A DNA stretch of 62,462 bases from a virus. Taxonomy: Duplodnaviria > Caudoviricetes. Position 1 is the first letter of the stretch; every line of letters begins with the position of its first letter. The translations under genes were made by a program, and so were the position numbers. Shown here piece by piece: positions 30,855 to 40,521 of this stretch. The DNA is taken from IMG/VR virus record IMGVR_UViG_3300032235_001256, positions 1-62,462 of that record; one strand, 5' to 3'. The notes below the pieces were generated by a model. The model was not told the DNA's origin, made no database searches, and saw only the letters and a program-made list of their open reading frames with translations.

Positions 30855-32708
30855 ATGGTAGATAATCACAACAAATGGGGAACTGTTGATTGGCAAGCTC
30901 CTCCCGAGCCGCTCGCTCTTGCATCGCGACCAGATGGCAAGACGCCCTATCGACCACCGGCTTATTCCAATGTATCTGTACCAGAGCGTACCCGCGAAGC
31001 CGCGATTAGCGAAGCGGCGCTGCGTTCCCTCGGACCTGAGCGCCGCGCTCAGGTTGAGGAAGAGATCCTGAAAAAGAGCGCTGTTGGCGGCGATTCCCGT
31101 ATAGCACTTGGAACTGCTGTCGCAGCGGGCAAGCAGAGCCTTATCAAGACCGCCGCCGCCTCAGAGCTAGGCGGCCAGCTGCACATTGCAGGTCGTGGCA
31201 ACACGACCAATATGATGCCAAATCTGTACTCGCCGCTATTCCTGACGGCAAACCTACAGCTGCCGCGTGACCGTATTACTGCAAATGCATGGAATCGTGC
31301 GTTTTACGAAACTAATCCCCTAGTTCGCAACGCTATAAATTTACACGCAACTTATCCGATCAGCAAGATGACCATCAAGTGCAAGGATAAGAAGATCGAG
31401 AGAAAGTATCTCGAGATGGCAAAGCGTGTTGATCTATTTAACGTAGTACAACAGGTGGCGCTAGAGTACTGGATGATTGGCGAGGTCTTTCCATACGCCG
31501 AGTATGACGAGACTCGCAATATGTGGTCAAAAGTATACTGCCACAATCCTGATTATGTAGTCGTCAAGCGCACGCCAGTGCCTGGTGAATCCATCATTGC
31601 ACTCAAGCCAGACCCCAAGCTGCTGCAGATTGTCCAATCAAACGACCCTGTTCACCGCGCCTATCGCGACAAAATGGATCCGGGCCTGCTAGACGCAATT
31701 GCCCGCAATGAGTACATTCCGCTGGACAACTTTAACATCAGCCACCTGAAGAACGAGTCAACTGCGTACAATACGCACGGCTCTTCTGTCATCGTTTCGG
31801 TATGGAAGGATCTTGTTCTATGGGATCTTTTCCGCGAGAATAAGTTTATCCAGGCCGACGCGATGGTAAATCCGATGACTTTGGTAAAGGTTGGCGCATC
31901 GAATGCTGATGGTCACTATCCGCGCCAGGAAGAGCTAGCAGCCATGCGAGATGTGTTTGAGCATGCTCAGTATGACAAGGATTTCAAGGTATTTACTCAT
32001 CCGGATGTCACGATTGAGCGAGTTGGCTTCAATGGCGGCATTCTTGATATTTCTGCCGACTTGAACTTTATTCTGGATAACATCTTCATCGGTCTAATGG
32101 TACCCAAGGCAGTTATTACGCAGGAGGGCGCCTCATACGCGTCGGCCTCTGTAGCGCTAGACGTCATTCGACAGAGGTATAACAACTTCCGTACGAAGAT
32201 GACCAACTGGCTCGTAAACAAGATCTTTGCTCCGATGGCAGAGGCCAATGATTTTTATGAGACAATCGACGGCCAGAAGCACCTGGTACTACCCGATGTA
32301 GAGTGGAATCAGATGACCCTGTATGATGTCGACACATACATCGGGCACCTGCTCAATCTTATAGAGAAGACTCCTCCAACTGCTCCTGTGGGAGTTAGTC
32401 GCGGTACCGTGTATCGCAGCCTTGGCCTAGACTTCCAGGATGAACTAGCCAATCAGCGCAAGGAGGCCATCCAGATGGCGATTCTTGCAAAAGAAATGGC
32501 AGCGATTGCAAAGATGTCTCTCTCAGAACTGCGTACGCTTGATCCCGATGCACCTATCATAGAGAAGGACGAGGCACCTCTCCCGGGGGTAGGGGCAGAG
32601 GCTGCACCAGAGGGCGGAATGCCTCCCGACATGGGAGGTGGGATGCCTCCTGATATGGGCGCCGGGCCTCCGCCGGGTGGCGCAGAGCCACCGCTGCCAC
32701 CGATGTAG
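30855..32708 (+). CDS. Portal protein
   Basis: Follows TerL; FY.TNPLVRNAI, EYW..GEVFPY, HLK...HGSS, I..GL.VP...EG.SYAS; Pro/Gly-rich C-terminus. Confidence 0.85.
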   Translation: MVDNHNKWGTVDWQAPPEPLALASRPDGKTPYRPPAYSNVSVPERTREAAISEAALRSLGPERRAQVEEEILKKSAVGGDSRIALGTAVAAGKQSLIKTAAASELGGQLHIAGRGNTTNMMPNLYSPLFLTANLQLPRDRITANAWNRAFYETNPLVRNAINLHATYPISKMTIKCKDKKIERKYLEMAKRVDLFNVVQQVALEYWMIGEVFPYAEYDETRNMWSKVYCHNPDYVVVKRTPVPGESIIALKPDPKLLQIVQSNDPVHRAYRDKMDPGLLDAIARNEYIPLDNFNISHLKNESTAYNTHGSSVIVSVWKDLVLWDLFRENKFIQADAMVNPMTLVKVGASNADGHYPRQEELAAMRDVFEHAQYDKDFKVFTHPDVTIERVGFNGGILDISADLNFILDNIFIGLMVPKAVITQEGASYASASVALDVIRQRYNNFRTKMTNWLVNKIFAPMAEANDFYETIDGQKHLVLPDVEWNQMTLYDVDTYIGHLLNLIEKTPPTAPVGVSRGTVYRSLGLDFQDELANQRKEAIQMAILAKEMAAIAKMSLSELRTLDPDAPIIEKDEAPLPGVGAEAAPEGGMPPDMGGGMPPDMGAGPPPGGAEPPLPPM

Positions 32709-32711
32709 TGC

Positions 32712-33131
32712 ATGAATATCAAATCCGATATAGCTGCATACAGAAAAGGGGATCGAGCCGCAGAAATGCGGCTTGCCGCTTTTGTCCGTCAATGCGAATC
32801 TCGCCAGGATGCTGCCGGGCTAGATATCCTGGTCGATGCCGGAGGTAGAGTTGGGGACCTGGCGCGGCGTGCGACTACCATCGTGCAAGTGGCATTAGAT
32901 GGCAACAAAAAAACTTCTGCGGTCAAGCGCAAGTTGCGCGATTATCTGGCACAGATCGACAGGCTAGGCTTTAATACCGATGTCGCCAAAGAAGATCGCA
33001 GATGGGTGCCGCTATTGCGCGAAGCGGCTCAGCTCAGGTGGTCGATAAAGCCGGATCAAGAAATGTATAATATTGATCTAGAGATAAGGAATAAGATACG
33101 CAGAGCCGCGCAACTTGGTGTTAAAATATGA
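32712..33131 (+). CDS. Hypothetical protein
   Basis: Operonic ORF. Confidence 0.6.
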   Translation: MNIKSDIAAYRKGDRAAEMRLAAFVRQCESRQDAAGLDILVDAGGRVGDLARRATTIVQVALDGNKKTSAVKRKLRDYLAQIDRLGFNTDVAKEDRRWVPLLREAAQLRWSIKPDQEMYNIDLEIRNKIRRAAQLGVKI

Positions 33132-33730
33132 AGACTCAGGTTCAAAAAGTAAAAGAGCGACTTGAGAAGTGGCGCGCGCCGATTGCGCGTCGCATGGAGC
33201 AGGCCGTGTCAGAGACAACTCTTCCTGACATACACGACGAGGACCATGGTCATGGCGATGAGCCAGCAGATGCCGCCAAGAGCCTACCGGCCGGTGCTCG
33301 GCCTCCTCGGGTAACATCTGGATTCGGCACGAGAGTTAGCCCTATTGACGGGGTTAGGCGCATGCACTATGGCGTCGATATTGGGGCGGGCAAGGGTCCC
33401 ACGTACGCAGCCGTAGATGGATACATTCTGCACGCAGGGCCAGCCGGCACTGCAGGAAATATGGTAGTGATCTATCGCAAAGGCAGCGACGGGAATGGCC
33501 ACCAGTACAAGTATATGCACCTTGACTCGATATCAGTGACACAGGGTCAGAGAGTGAAGAAAGGGGATCTTATAGGCACTATGGGTGAGACGGGCCGCGC
33601 CAAAGGTGTACATCTGCACTTGGAGCACCTGATGCTGGTACCGGCGGGGGATAAGTTTCAAAAACTGCACATCCCTCCTACGGCAGAGGAGATAAGCACG
33701 GCAGTACCAGGAGCAATCAAGGGCAAGTAG
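33128..33730 (+). CDS. M23 family metallopeptidase
   Basis: HYGVD, YMHL, GQRVKKGDLIG, HLH. Confidence 0.92.
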   Translation: MKTQVQKVKERLEKWRAPIARRMEQAVSETTLPDIHDEDHGHGDEPADAAKSLPAGARPPRVTSGFGTRVSPIDGVRRMHYGVDIGAGKGPTYAAVDGYILHAGPAGTAGNMVVIYRKGSDGNGHQYKYMHLDSISVTQGQRVKKGDLIGTMGETGRAKGVHLHLEHLMLVPAGDKFQKLHIPPTAEEISTAVPGAIKGK

Positions 33731-33802
33731 GTCGCCGCCCAATGCAAACATAAGAATAAACTAGTACGATATTGGGCCGATTTTGAGTCAAATAGGAGCG
33801 CT

Positions 33803-34696
33803 ATGCCCAAGTATCTGAGCAAGGCACAGGAAAAAACCTGGAGGAAGGCAAAGAAAGCCTTCAAATCCCAGTCCGGTCGCAAGCCGGGCAAGAAGGATTG
33901 GCCATTGGTCATGCATATTTTCAAGAACATGAACAAAACTGCCGCGAATATAGTGATCGAGCCTTACGAAAAATACGTTCAGGATGGAATTGAGCTTGCA
34001 GAAAAGGTCATGGGCTCCGGCTATTTCTCAGGAATTAAGAAAATAGTCGTGCAGACGGGCCAGACACATCATTACGGGCAGGTCTTATCTGATGATCCAG
34101 GGACAATATATATATCTGCAGACAGGATAGAGCGCGAATTTGCGTCAATTCCGCTGGAGCGGGCTTTTCAAATGGCCTCAACCCTTTGCCATGAGACCGC
34201 CCACATAAAATCGAAGTTCCAGGGCGGGGAAAACCCTGCCCTTGCCGAGGAGCAGAAATTTGCTCACCTGTTTGGAGAGAAGATAAAGGCAAATCCAAAG
34301 GATTTTGAGAAATTTACAAAGGCAGCCTCCCGCTCAGCCGACATAGTACGCATGGCGCACATGGCAGATGCTAGCGGCCACTATGCAGCAGCAGCTTTTC
34401 TGGATACGGCGCTAATGAAAAGTGCTGCCGACCAGATTGATGCCGAGCAAATAATCAACGGCGTTGGCGCCCTGATCGGCTACATGGTCAGCAGAGTGTC
34501 TCCTGAGAAGCGGGTTAGCTTCAAGCAGAGCATAATTCGTAAAATCAGTCAGGTAGGTACCGATCTTGCTCAAAAGAGAAAGAATCCGTCCGCTGGTATC
34601 GGGGCGGTATTTGGCCTACTAAAGAACCTGCTATCAGGCCTAGATGCATCCCAGATTTCCTATATTATGGGACAGATACTGTCGAGGTACTCATGA
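33803..34696 (+). CDS. Three-module protein: basic N-domain, HExxH domain, shared helix-turn-helix module
   Basis: EKTWRKAK...WPLVMHIFKNM; LCHETAH; MAHMADASGHYAAAAFLD; modules separated by KTA/KAA/KSA. Confidence 0.65.
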   Translation: MPKYLSKAQEKTWRKAKKAFKSQSGRKPGKKDWPLVMHIFKNMNKTAANIVIEPYEKYVQDGIELAEKVMGSGYFSGIKKIVVQTGQTHHYGQVLSDDPGTIYISADRIEREFASIPLERAFQMASTLCHETAHIKSKFQGGENPALAEEQKFAHLFGEKIKANPKDFEKFTKAASRSADIVRMAHMADASGHYAAAAFLDTALMKSAADQIDAEQIINGVGALIGYMVSRVSPEKRVSFKQSIIRKISQVGTDLAQKRKNPSAGIGAVFGLLKNLLSGLDASQISYIMGQILSRYS

Positions 34697-35391
34697 TAAA
34701 AAACGCAGGACCGGAGCCCACCGGAATAACGGATCCATCTACTGGTAAGAAGGTTTACGTCTCGACCACGGCTCGGATTACTTTTCGCAAGCTGCACCCC
34801 GAGTGGGTAAAGGCAAAGGTAAAGAATTCAGCCCTAAATGATGAGATTGCCAAGCAATTTGCCGCAGCTCCTGTCCTAGAGATATTTCTTTCAAAGAAGA
34901 ACAAGAGCGAGGCCGGCGACGTCCGAGGAACCGAGTCTAGCAAGTTCGTGTGCATACATCGTAATTCCTATGTTCTCGTTATTGCCGCAAAAGGTGCCCA
35001 CAATCTGCCTGCTCCACCAGCTCCAAAAGAGCTGCCTGCATCCATTAAGCTTGCAGAGCAAAATACAAGAGTAGCGGAGGGTCGAGATGATTTCTTGCGC
35101 GCCCACCGAGGATGGCTAGCAGACCATTACTTTAGTCTTTTTATTGGCCAGGCTGCTCTTGACGAGAAGGGCGCTCAGATGCTGCGTGAATATGCCGAAA
35201 AGAATGGCGGCTTCAAGGCTATCAAGAATATGACTGCCGACCAGGCCAAACAGATTGTCAGCAATCAGGCCAGTGCAATGGCGCGAACCATGCTTTCCGA
35301 GGATCAGCGTGGGCAGCTTACGCGGGAGCCGGGCCTCCTGAATGATCGTCCGGGTAATCTGGCAGTGCCTTTTGCATTTCCTCTTGAGTGA
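34693..35391 (+). CDS. Hypothetical protein
   Basis: ATGA-coupled ORF. Confidence 0.65.
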   Translation: MIKNAGPEPTGITDPSTGKKVYVSTTARITFRKLHPEWVKAKVKNSALNDEIAKQFAAAPVLEIFLSKKNKSEAGDVRGTESSKFVCIHRNSYVLVIAAKGAHNLPAPPAPKELPASIKLAEQNTRVAEGRDDFLRAHRGWLADHYFSLFIGQAALDEKGAQMLREYAEKNGGFKAIKNMTADQAKQIVSNQASAMARTMLSEDQRGQLTREPGLLNDRPGNLAVPFAFPLE

Positions 35392-35403
35392 GTGGTGAGC
35401 AGC

Positions 35404-35955
35404 ATGCGTAAAAACTCAAATGTGGAATTTTCCGTTCCGGTTTCAGAAGGCGAGAAGGCTCGCGCAACAGATCTCAGAGATAGGATCAAGGACTTTTGCG
35501 AGCATATCGAGAAGTTCAATGAGTTTTCCGAAGTCCTAACCGAATCGCTGGACCAGATAACATCTGGAGACCAGCTTATTCCGATTGGTGCGCTTTTCAA
35601 GAAGTACCAGTACAAGTTGCGGGCACATTTCAATAACTGCGTGAAGTCTTTCTCCCTTGTTCTAGTGTCATATGGCAAGCTATATTCTGAGTCAAGAACC
35701 GACCAGATACGAGATGTAATACTCAGTACATTCTCAGAGGCCCGCACCGAATTTATAAATCTAATGAGCATAATGGATGATTTTGATGCAGAGAGCTTTG
35801 TCGCGGACGCAAAAGCATCTCAGCAACAAATCAATAATTATCTGGAAAAAGTACTGGTTAGCGCCCGCGATGAGTGGATCTCGCACATAGACAAGAATAT
35901 ACTTGGAAAACTAAAGCTGGCATCCGATTTCTCGCTCGTAAAGGTAACAAAATGA
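35404..35955 (+). CDS. Hypothetical helical protein
   Basis: Operonic ORF. Confidence 0.65.
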   Translation: MRKNSNVEFSVPVSEGEKARATDLRDRIKDFCEHIEKFNEFSEVLTESLDQITSGDQLIPIGALFKKYQYKLRAHFNNCVKSFSLVLVSYGKLYSESRTDQIRDVILSTFSEARTEFINLMSIMDDFDAESFVADAKASQQQINNYLEKVLVSARDEWISHIDKNILGKLKLASDFSLVKVTK

Positions 35956-36104
35956 TAATCAAATACGGAACATCTGACCCCGCCACCCTTGTAGACACGA
36001 AGAATATTCCTTCGTGGCTAAGCGATGAAACGGTGCCGGTAGCCACTGGCACTGACGAGTCAGAGTCCCCTTCCGACCAGGAAGGCAGCGCGGAGGAAGA
36101 ATGA
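35952..36104 (+). CDS. Small acidic protein
   Basis: ATG at 35952 with AAGG RBS; ATGA overlaps at both ends. Confidence 0.6.
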   Translation: MIIKYGTSDPATLVDTKNIPSWLSDETVPVATGTDESESPSDQEGSAEEE

Positions 36105-39100
36105 GCATTATCAAGAGTGGTTTTATTGCCGGCAACTCTCTGGGAATAGTCAGCAATGCAAAGCTGAATGATGACCCGGCGGTGCACGCTCGCTTTGCTG
36201 CCGTGACCGACACTCTGCGAGCGGAGCAGAAGAAGCGGGGCGCCACCGAGCTGTCGCCATATGTTGACGATTTTCTTTATGCTAGCTGCATCATGATGCA
36301 TGCTGCCGAATCAGCTCTTATCAACCAGGAGACCGGAGAGGTCATTAAGACCGCTGATGGCAAGCCTGTCGCGGGTTGGTTTGAACGCTATGACGCATCA
36401 GACGGTCGTGAGACTGCTCGCTGGGTTAGTCCCGATGGCGTTCGCCCAACTAAGAATAACAATGGAGACATCTTTCCAGAGTCAGAGCTGCTAAAAGCTT
36501 ATAAAAACTGGATTGGTAAGCCGCTGTGCAAGGATCATGTTTCAAGCTCAGTCGATGGCATCCGTGGCGTAATAGTTGATACTTTTTATGACCCAAAGTT
36601 CAAGCGTGTTCATGCGCTCTTTGCGCTTGACAAGAAGAACTATCCAGACCTCGCCCGCAAGGTAGAGGCCGGATACGCCACAAACGTCTCAATGGGAACC
36701 GCCGTCGGTCGCTCGATCTGTAGCGAGTGCCAGAATGTGGCCACCGTAGCTTCTGAATTTTGCGGTCACGTAAAGGCGCGAACCCATTACGGCGAAATAA
36801 ATCTTGATCTGAATCCAATCGAGCTCAGCATTGTGGTTACAGGAGCAGATCCTCGTGCCAAGATTCGTAAAATTGTTGCAAGTCTCGATGAATATCGCGC
36901 GCAGGCAGATGCGCTGCGCAAGATTAAGGGCGTGCCGCTCGAGGTGCTTGCTGCCGTTGATAGCGAGATTGGCAGCCTACAGGAAGATGTCACAAGAGGC
37001 ATCCCGCCCGGGGACGTATCGCTTGATCGCTTGTTTGAACTGATTGGCCTTGTAGAGGCTAACGATGAAAAAACCGGCGCTCTAGGAATGGCGGCGTCGA
37101 AACTTTTCGAGTACATGAACGAGGTTGGTCTGAGCGCTATCCATTTGGCTCTCCTTACCTCAGGTGACGATAAGAGCGAAGAACTCTTCAAGGCCTTGTC
37201 AAGGATAAAGAATCTTTCTGACTCCGAGGATATGGTCAAGGAGGCATCCAAGGCAATCGGCAGGCTCACCGAACTTGCGCTTGGTGTATCTGACAGTGTC
37301 ACTAGTACGACCCCTTCTTCCGCGACCGGATCGTCTCCGCTGGGCGATGACGCCCGGTCCGGAACAGGGACCAGAGGGCCCATGACTGGCGATCCGACCG
37401 GCACAGCCAGCTCAGGCACAGGGATTGATCCGTTTGGGCGGAACAGTACGTCTGGTGGACACGGATCTCCTCCAGAGGGCGATTTGTTTGGGCTAGCATC
37501 CGTATATAGGGACGTTCCGTTGAAAAAAGGTGCAGCCGAGTACAAAAAAGATTCTGATGCCATTTCTGAAAGAATAACATCTATTAAAAACAGTTTGGAT
37601 AGTTTGAAATCATGTCTCCCGACCCAGAAGGCGGGAGTGGGAACAGGAGATATTATGACGTTTGATGAACTACGGAAGCGTGCTAATCTGCGTAAGAAAG
37701 CTTACATGCAGGGCACAGAAGAGCCAAAGGCCTATGCCCCCATGGGCGATCCAGATCTACGCGAGGGCGATCACCACCTCCACGGCGAGGAGCTCGACAC
37801 TTCCGTAGCCAATCCAGACCAGAAGGTTAAAGAGATGCTTCACCGCGCATCTTTGGATGAGCGCCGCGCCGCCCGCGCAGAGAAGCTCAAGGCCATCGCC
37901 GAGACAGCAGTTGTTGTCAAAGATCCGTCTGGGAAGCCAGCCGGCGTTATCGCCGACAAGAAGTTCGTTCCAGCGGCTAAGGCTGACGACGGCCATGCGG
38001 AAGACGACGCACAGGCTTATGATCAGGACGCGGATGATCTCGTCAAGGCTGAAGCCGCACTCCTGCGCCGCCTAGAGATCCTCAAGGAAGCTGCCAAGAA
38101 GAAGGGCAAGAAGGCCGAGAAGAAGGACTCGGAAGATGAGAAGAAGGAGCCCAAGGCAACAAAGGGCATGAAAGGCATGAAGGAAGAGCATGATGCCAAG
38201 GCCGCAAAAGGCGCGAAGCCCATGAAGAAGAAGGCATATCCCCAGGGCACCGAAGAGCCAAAGGCTTACGCCCCCATGGGCGACCCGGATCTCCGCGACG
38301 GCGATCACCACCTCGGCGGCAAGGAGCTTGATACCAAGGTTGGCAATCCAGACCAGAAGGTCAAGGAGCTCATTCAGCGCGCAGGCCTCAAGGCCCGCCT
38401 GACGAAGTCTGCCAATGTTGAGCGCTCACGCTGGTCGGTGCTTGCAGGCGACAAGGAAGTCTTCACTGTCACTGCTGGCGACGCATACAATGTTCACCTC
38501 AATAAGCAGAGCGACGTTGCCGGCAAGACCTGGGGAGAGCTATTTGTATCGCCAGAGTACGGCAAGCAGCTCATGGCTCAGATTCGCGCAGGCAATATTT
38601 CCAAGCTCGCGGCCGAGCTCGATGCAGCCAAGGAGTCAGCTGCCGATGCTCCGATGCCAGCTCCGCCGGCTGATGCTGGCATGGCTGCGCTCCCAGCTCC
38701 AGCTCCAATGGTTGAGCCAGCTCCAGAGCCTGCTCCTGGCAACGAAGCCGATGACATGAAGGATCGCGTCATGGGCGCTCTTGAGAAGCTCGAAGGCTGC
38801 GTTGCTGACCTCAAGGCCGCAGTCCTTGGCGATGATGCCGGCGTTAGCGATGTGGACGTAGAGGCGCCAATGGCCGCCACTGCCTCTCTGCAGCGCGGTA
38901 TGTTCGAGGCTCACGCTTCGCTAAACTCACTCGCCAGCGAACTTCGCTTTCTCGCCCGCGATGCCGACCTGGCTGATCCAAGCGTTCGCCTCGCCGCTCG
39001 CGCTGCGATTCGCGACAGCCACCTGGCCGTAATCGAGGCAAATGAGCGCATTGCTGCGTATCAAGATGCCTGCGCCGAGGACGACGCTATGGCTCTTGAT

Positions 39101-40021
39101 GACGAGGAGCTTGATCAGGTAGCCGAAGAGGTTGAGAGCGCCATCGATGAGCACATCGAAGGCGACCCATCTCACGATGACCTGGAACAGGCCCTAAACG
39201 ACCTTCGCGAAGAGCTCAAGGCGCTCGAGGACAAGGTCGAGGACGTCGCAGAGCTGGTAGAGGAGAAGGACGAGAAGGACGAGGACGAGGAGAAGGAGGC
39301 TGATGCCATGGATGATATGTCCAAGCGCGCCGCCATGCGTCAGCAGCTCGTTGCTCGCGCCGCGAAGATGGACATGGTCAGCTCCGACCCGATGCTCAAC
39401 GTTCACGGCAAGGGCGAGGGCAAGCTCGACTTCGGCATGAAGACGACCGGCGATGCCGACTCAGACGTCCAGAGCGTATTTGAGGCTCAGGAGATGGCGA
39501 TGAAGACCATGGAAGGTGTCAAGAAGGCTGCAGCCGGAATTGCTACCGCCGTACGCCAGGGCACGATCAAGGAGTCACAGCTCGACGCCCTCGTAGCCGT
39601 GGCTGCCGTTGACGCCGAAGCGGTTAAGTACTACCGCGAGTACTTCGGCAAGACCGACAGCGAGTTCGCCAAGGGTCTTGTTTCTGAGTTCAAGAAGTCA
39701 GCTAGCTCGAACGAGGACATCGGCTTCCGCTACAAGCGCGCTTACGCGGTCGCTATCGACGCCCAGGCCCGCGGCCTCATCAGCCAGGGTCGCGCCGCTC
39801 TCGACGAGTGCGCGGAGACCCTTGCTACCGGCAGCGATACTAACTTTGACAGCTTCAAGCGCATGGTTGGCAACGTCAAGCCACAGGCCCGCACCGCCGG
39901 CATCGTCCCACAGATGGGCGTAGTCGACGGCGCCGAGTCCAACACCCGCACCGCCTCGGATAAGGGCAGTGTAGATGTCCGCGACTGGCGCAGCCTCGGC
40001 AAAGCTCTGTTCGACATCTGA
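36101..40021 (+). CDS. Prohead maturation protease fused to a scaffold protein
   Basis: NNNGDIF, KDH (putative catalytic His), VSMG (putative catalytic Ser), CSEC..FC.H, ELSIV..GADP; charged helical C-terminal region; lies between portal and capsid genes. Confidence 0.8.
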   Translation: MSIIKSGFIAGNSLGIVSNAKLNDDPAVHARFAAVTDTLRAEQKKRGATELSPYVDDFLYASCIMMHAAESALINQETGEVIKTADGKPVAGWFERYDASDGRETARWVSPDGVRPTKNNNGDIFPESELLKAYKNWIGKPLCKDHVSSSVDGIRGVIVDTFYDPKFKRVHALFALDKKNYPDLARKVEAGYATNVSMGTAVGRSICSECQNVATVASEFCGHVKARTHYGEINLDLNPIELSIVVTGADPRAKIRKIVASLDEYRAQADALRKIKGVPLEVLAAVDSEIGSLQEDVTRGIPPGDVSLDRLFELIGLVEANDEKTGALGMAASKLFEYMNEVGLSAIHLALLTSGDDKSEELFKALSRIKNLSDSEDMVKEASKAIGRLTELALGVSDSVTSTTPSSATGSSPLGDDARSGTGTRGPMTGDPTGTASSGTGIDPFGRNSTSGGHGSPPEGDLFGLASVYRDVPLKKGAAEYKKDSDAISERITSIKNSLDSLKSCLPTQKAGVGTGDIMTFDELRKRANLRKKAYMQGTEEPKAYAPMGDPDLREGDHHLHGEELDTSVANPDQKVKEMLHRASLDERRAARAEKLKAIAETAVVVKDPSGKPAGVIADKKFVPAAKADDGHAEDDAQAYDQDADDLVKAEAALLRRLEILKEAAKKKGKKAEKKDSEDEKKEPKATKGMKGMKEEHDAKAAKGAKPMKKKAYPQGTEEPKAYAPMGDPDLRDGDHHLGGKELDTKVGNPDQKVKELIQRAGLKARLTKSANVERSRWSVLAGDKEVFTVTAGDAYNVHLNKQSDVAGKTWGELFVSPEYGKQLMAQIRAGNISKLAAELDAAKESAADAPMPAPPADAGMAALPAPAPMVEPAPEPAPGNEADDMKDRVMGALEKLEGCVADLKAAVLGDDAGVSDVDVEAPMAATASLQRGMFEAHASLNSLASELRFLARDADLADPSVRLAARAAIRDSHLAVIEANERIAAYQDACAEDDAMALDDEELDQVAEEVESAIDEHIEGDPSHDDLEQALNDLREELKALEDKVEDVAELVEEKDEKDEDEEKEADAMDDMSKRAAMRQQLVARAAKMDMVSSDPMLNVHGKGEGKLDFGMKTTGDADSDVQSVFEAQEMAMKTMEGVKKAAAGIATAVRQGTIKESQLDALVAVAAVDAEAVKYYREYFGKTDSEFAKGLVSEFKKSASSNEDIGFRYKRAYAVAIDAQARGLISQGRAALDECAETLATGSDTNFDSFKRMVGNVKPQARTAGIVPQMGVVDGAESNTRTASDKGSVDVRDWRSLGKALFDI
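37581..37657 (+). promoter_or_regulatory. Internal promoter-like motif and RBS for a nested scaffold gene
   Basis: CTATTAAA at 37581 in an AT-rich patch; AGGAGA before in-frame ATG 37655. Confidence 0.55.
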
Positions 40022-40039
40022 GCGAGAGCCGAAGCCAAA

Positions 40040-40075
40040 GAAAACCCCGCCGCACCCGGCGGGGTTTTCCGTTTT
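40040..40075 (+). terminator. Intrinsic terminator
   Basis: gaaaaccccgccg-cacc-cggcggggttttc. Confidence 0.85.
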
Positions 40076-40181
40076 CGTTATTTTCTCGACGCAGATCAAT
40101 AAATGTAAATAATGGTATCCGCCCCGCGGATGTCCGGTACCAGCAAGGCAAGGAACATCGATCAGCCGAAAAGAGGCGCTC

Positions 40182-40325
40182 ATGTTTGACTTTAGCCAGT
40201 TTGAGATTCAGTCAGAGATACGCGAACTAAGGGAGTTGGGTCTAGATTCTGAAGAAATAGACGGATATATATGCTTCTTTTGGGATTTCCCTATAGAAAG
40301 TGAGGAAGGTTATGGCAACAATTGA
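40182..40325 (+). CDS. 47-aa acidic protein below the ORF-track cutoff
   Basis: AGAGG RBS; MFDFSQFEIQSEIRELRELGLDSEEIDGYICFFWDFPIESEEGYGNN; overlaps the next start. Confidence 0.55.
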   Translation: MFDFSQFEIQSEIRELRELGLDSEEIDGYICFFWDFPIESEEGYGNN

Positions 40326-40521
40326 TATTGCAGACGAAATTGCAGCCGGCATGCAGCAGGCGATCAAAGAGAACTCACCAGCACCAGAAGCCGGCTATTT
40401 CTCTGGCATTGCGCAGCAGCTCGCCGGCACTGCGAGCGAGCTTGATCAGGCCGGCAGCCCGCTCGCTGGGAATGTTGATGCGCTGCTCAACAAAATGGTA
40501 AGCGTGCTAGGAGAAGACTGA
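40312..40521 (+). CDS. Small protein carrying the shared helix-turn-helix module
   Basis: ATG at 40312; TASELDQAGSPLAGNVDALL. Confidence 0.65.
   Translation: MATIDIADEIAAGMQQAIKENSPAPEAGYFSGIAQQLAGTASELDQAGSPLAGNVDALLNKMVSVLGED

Noticed and set aside
33415-33425. DGY in the M23 peptidase as part of the tag system
   Set aside because: It falls in the family's usual A..DG.V motif, so chance is sufficient. It is in the total of 24 but not in the 21 structural sites.
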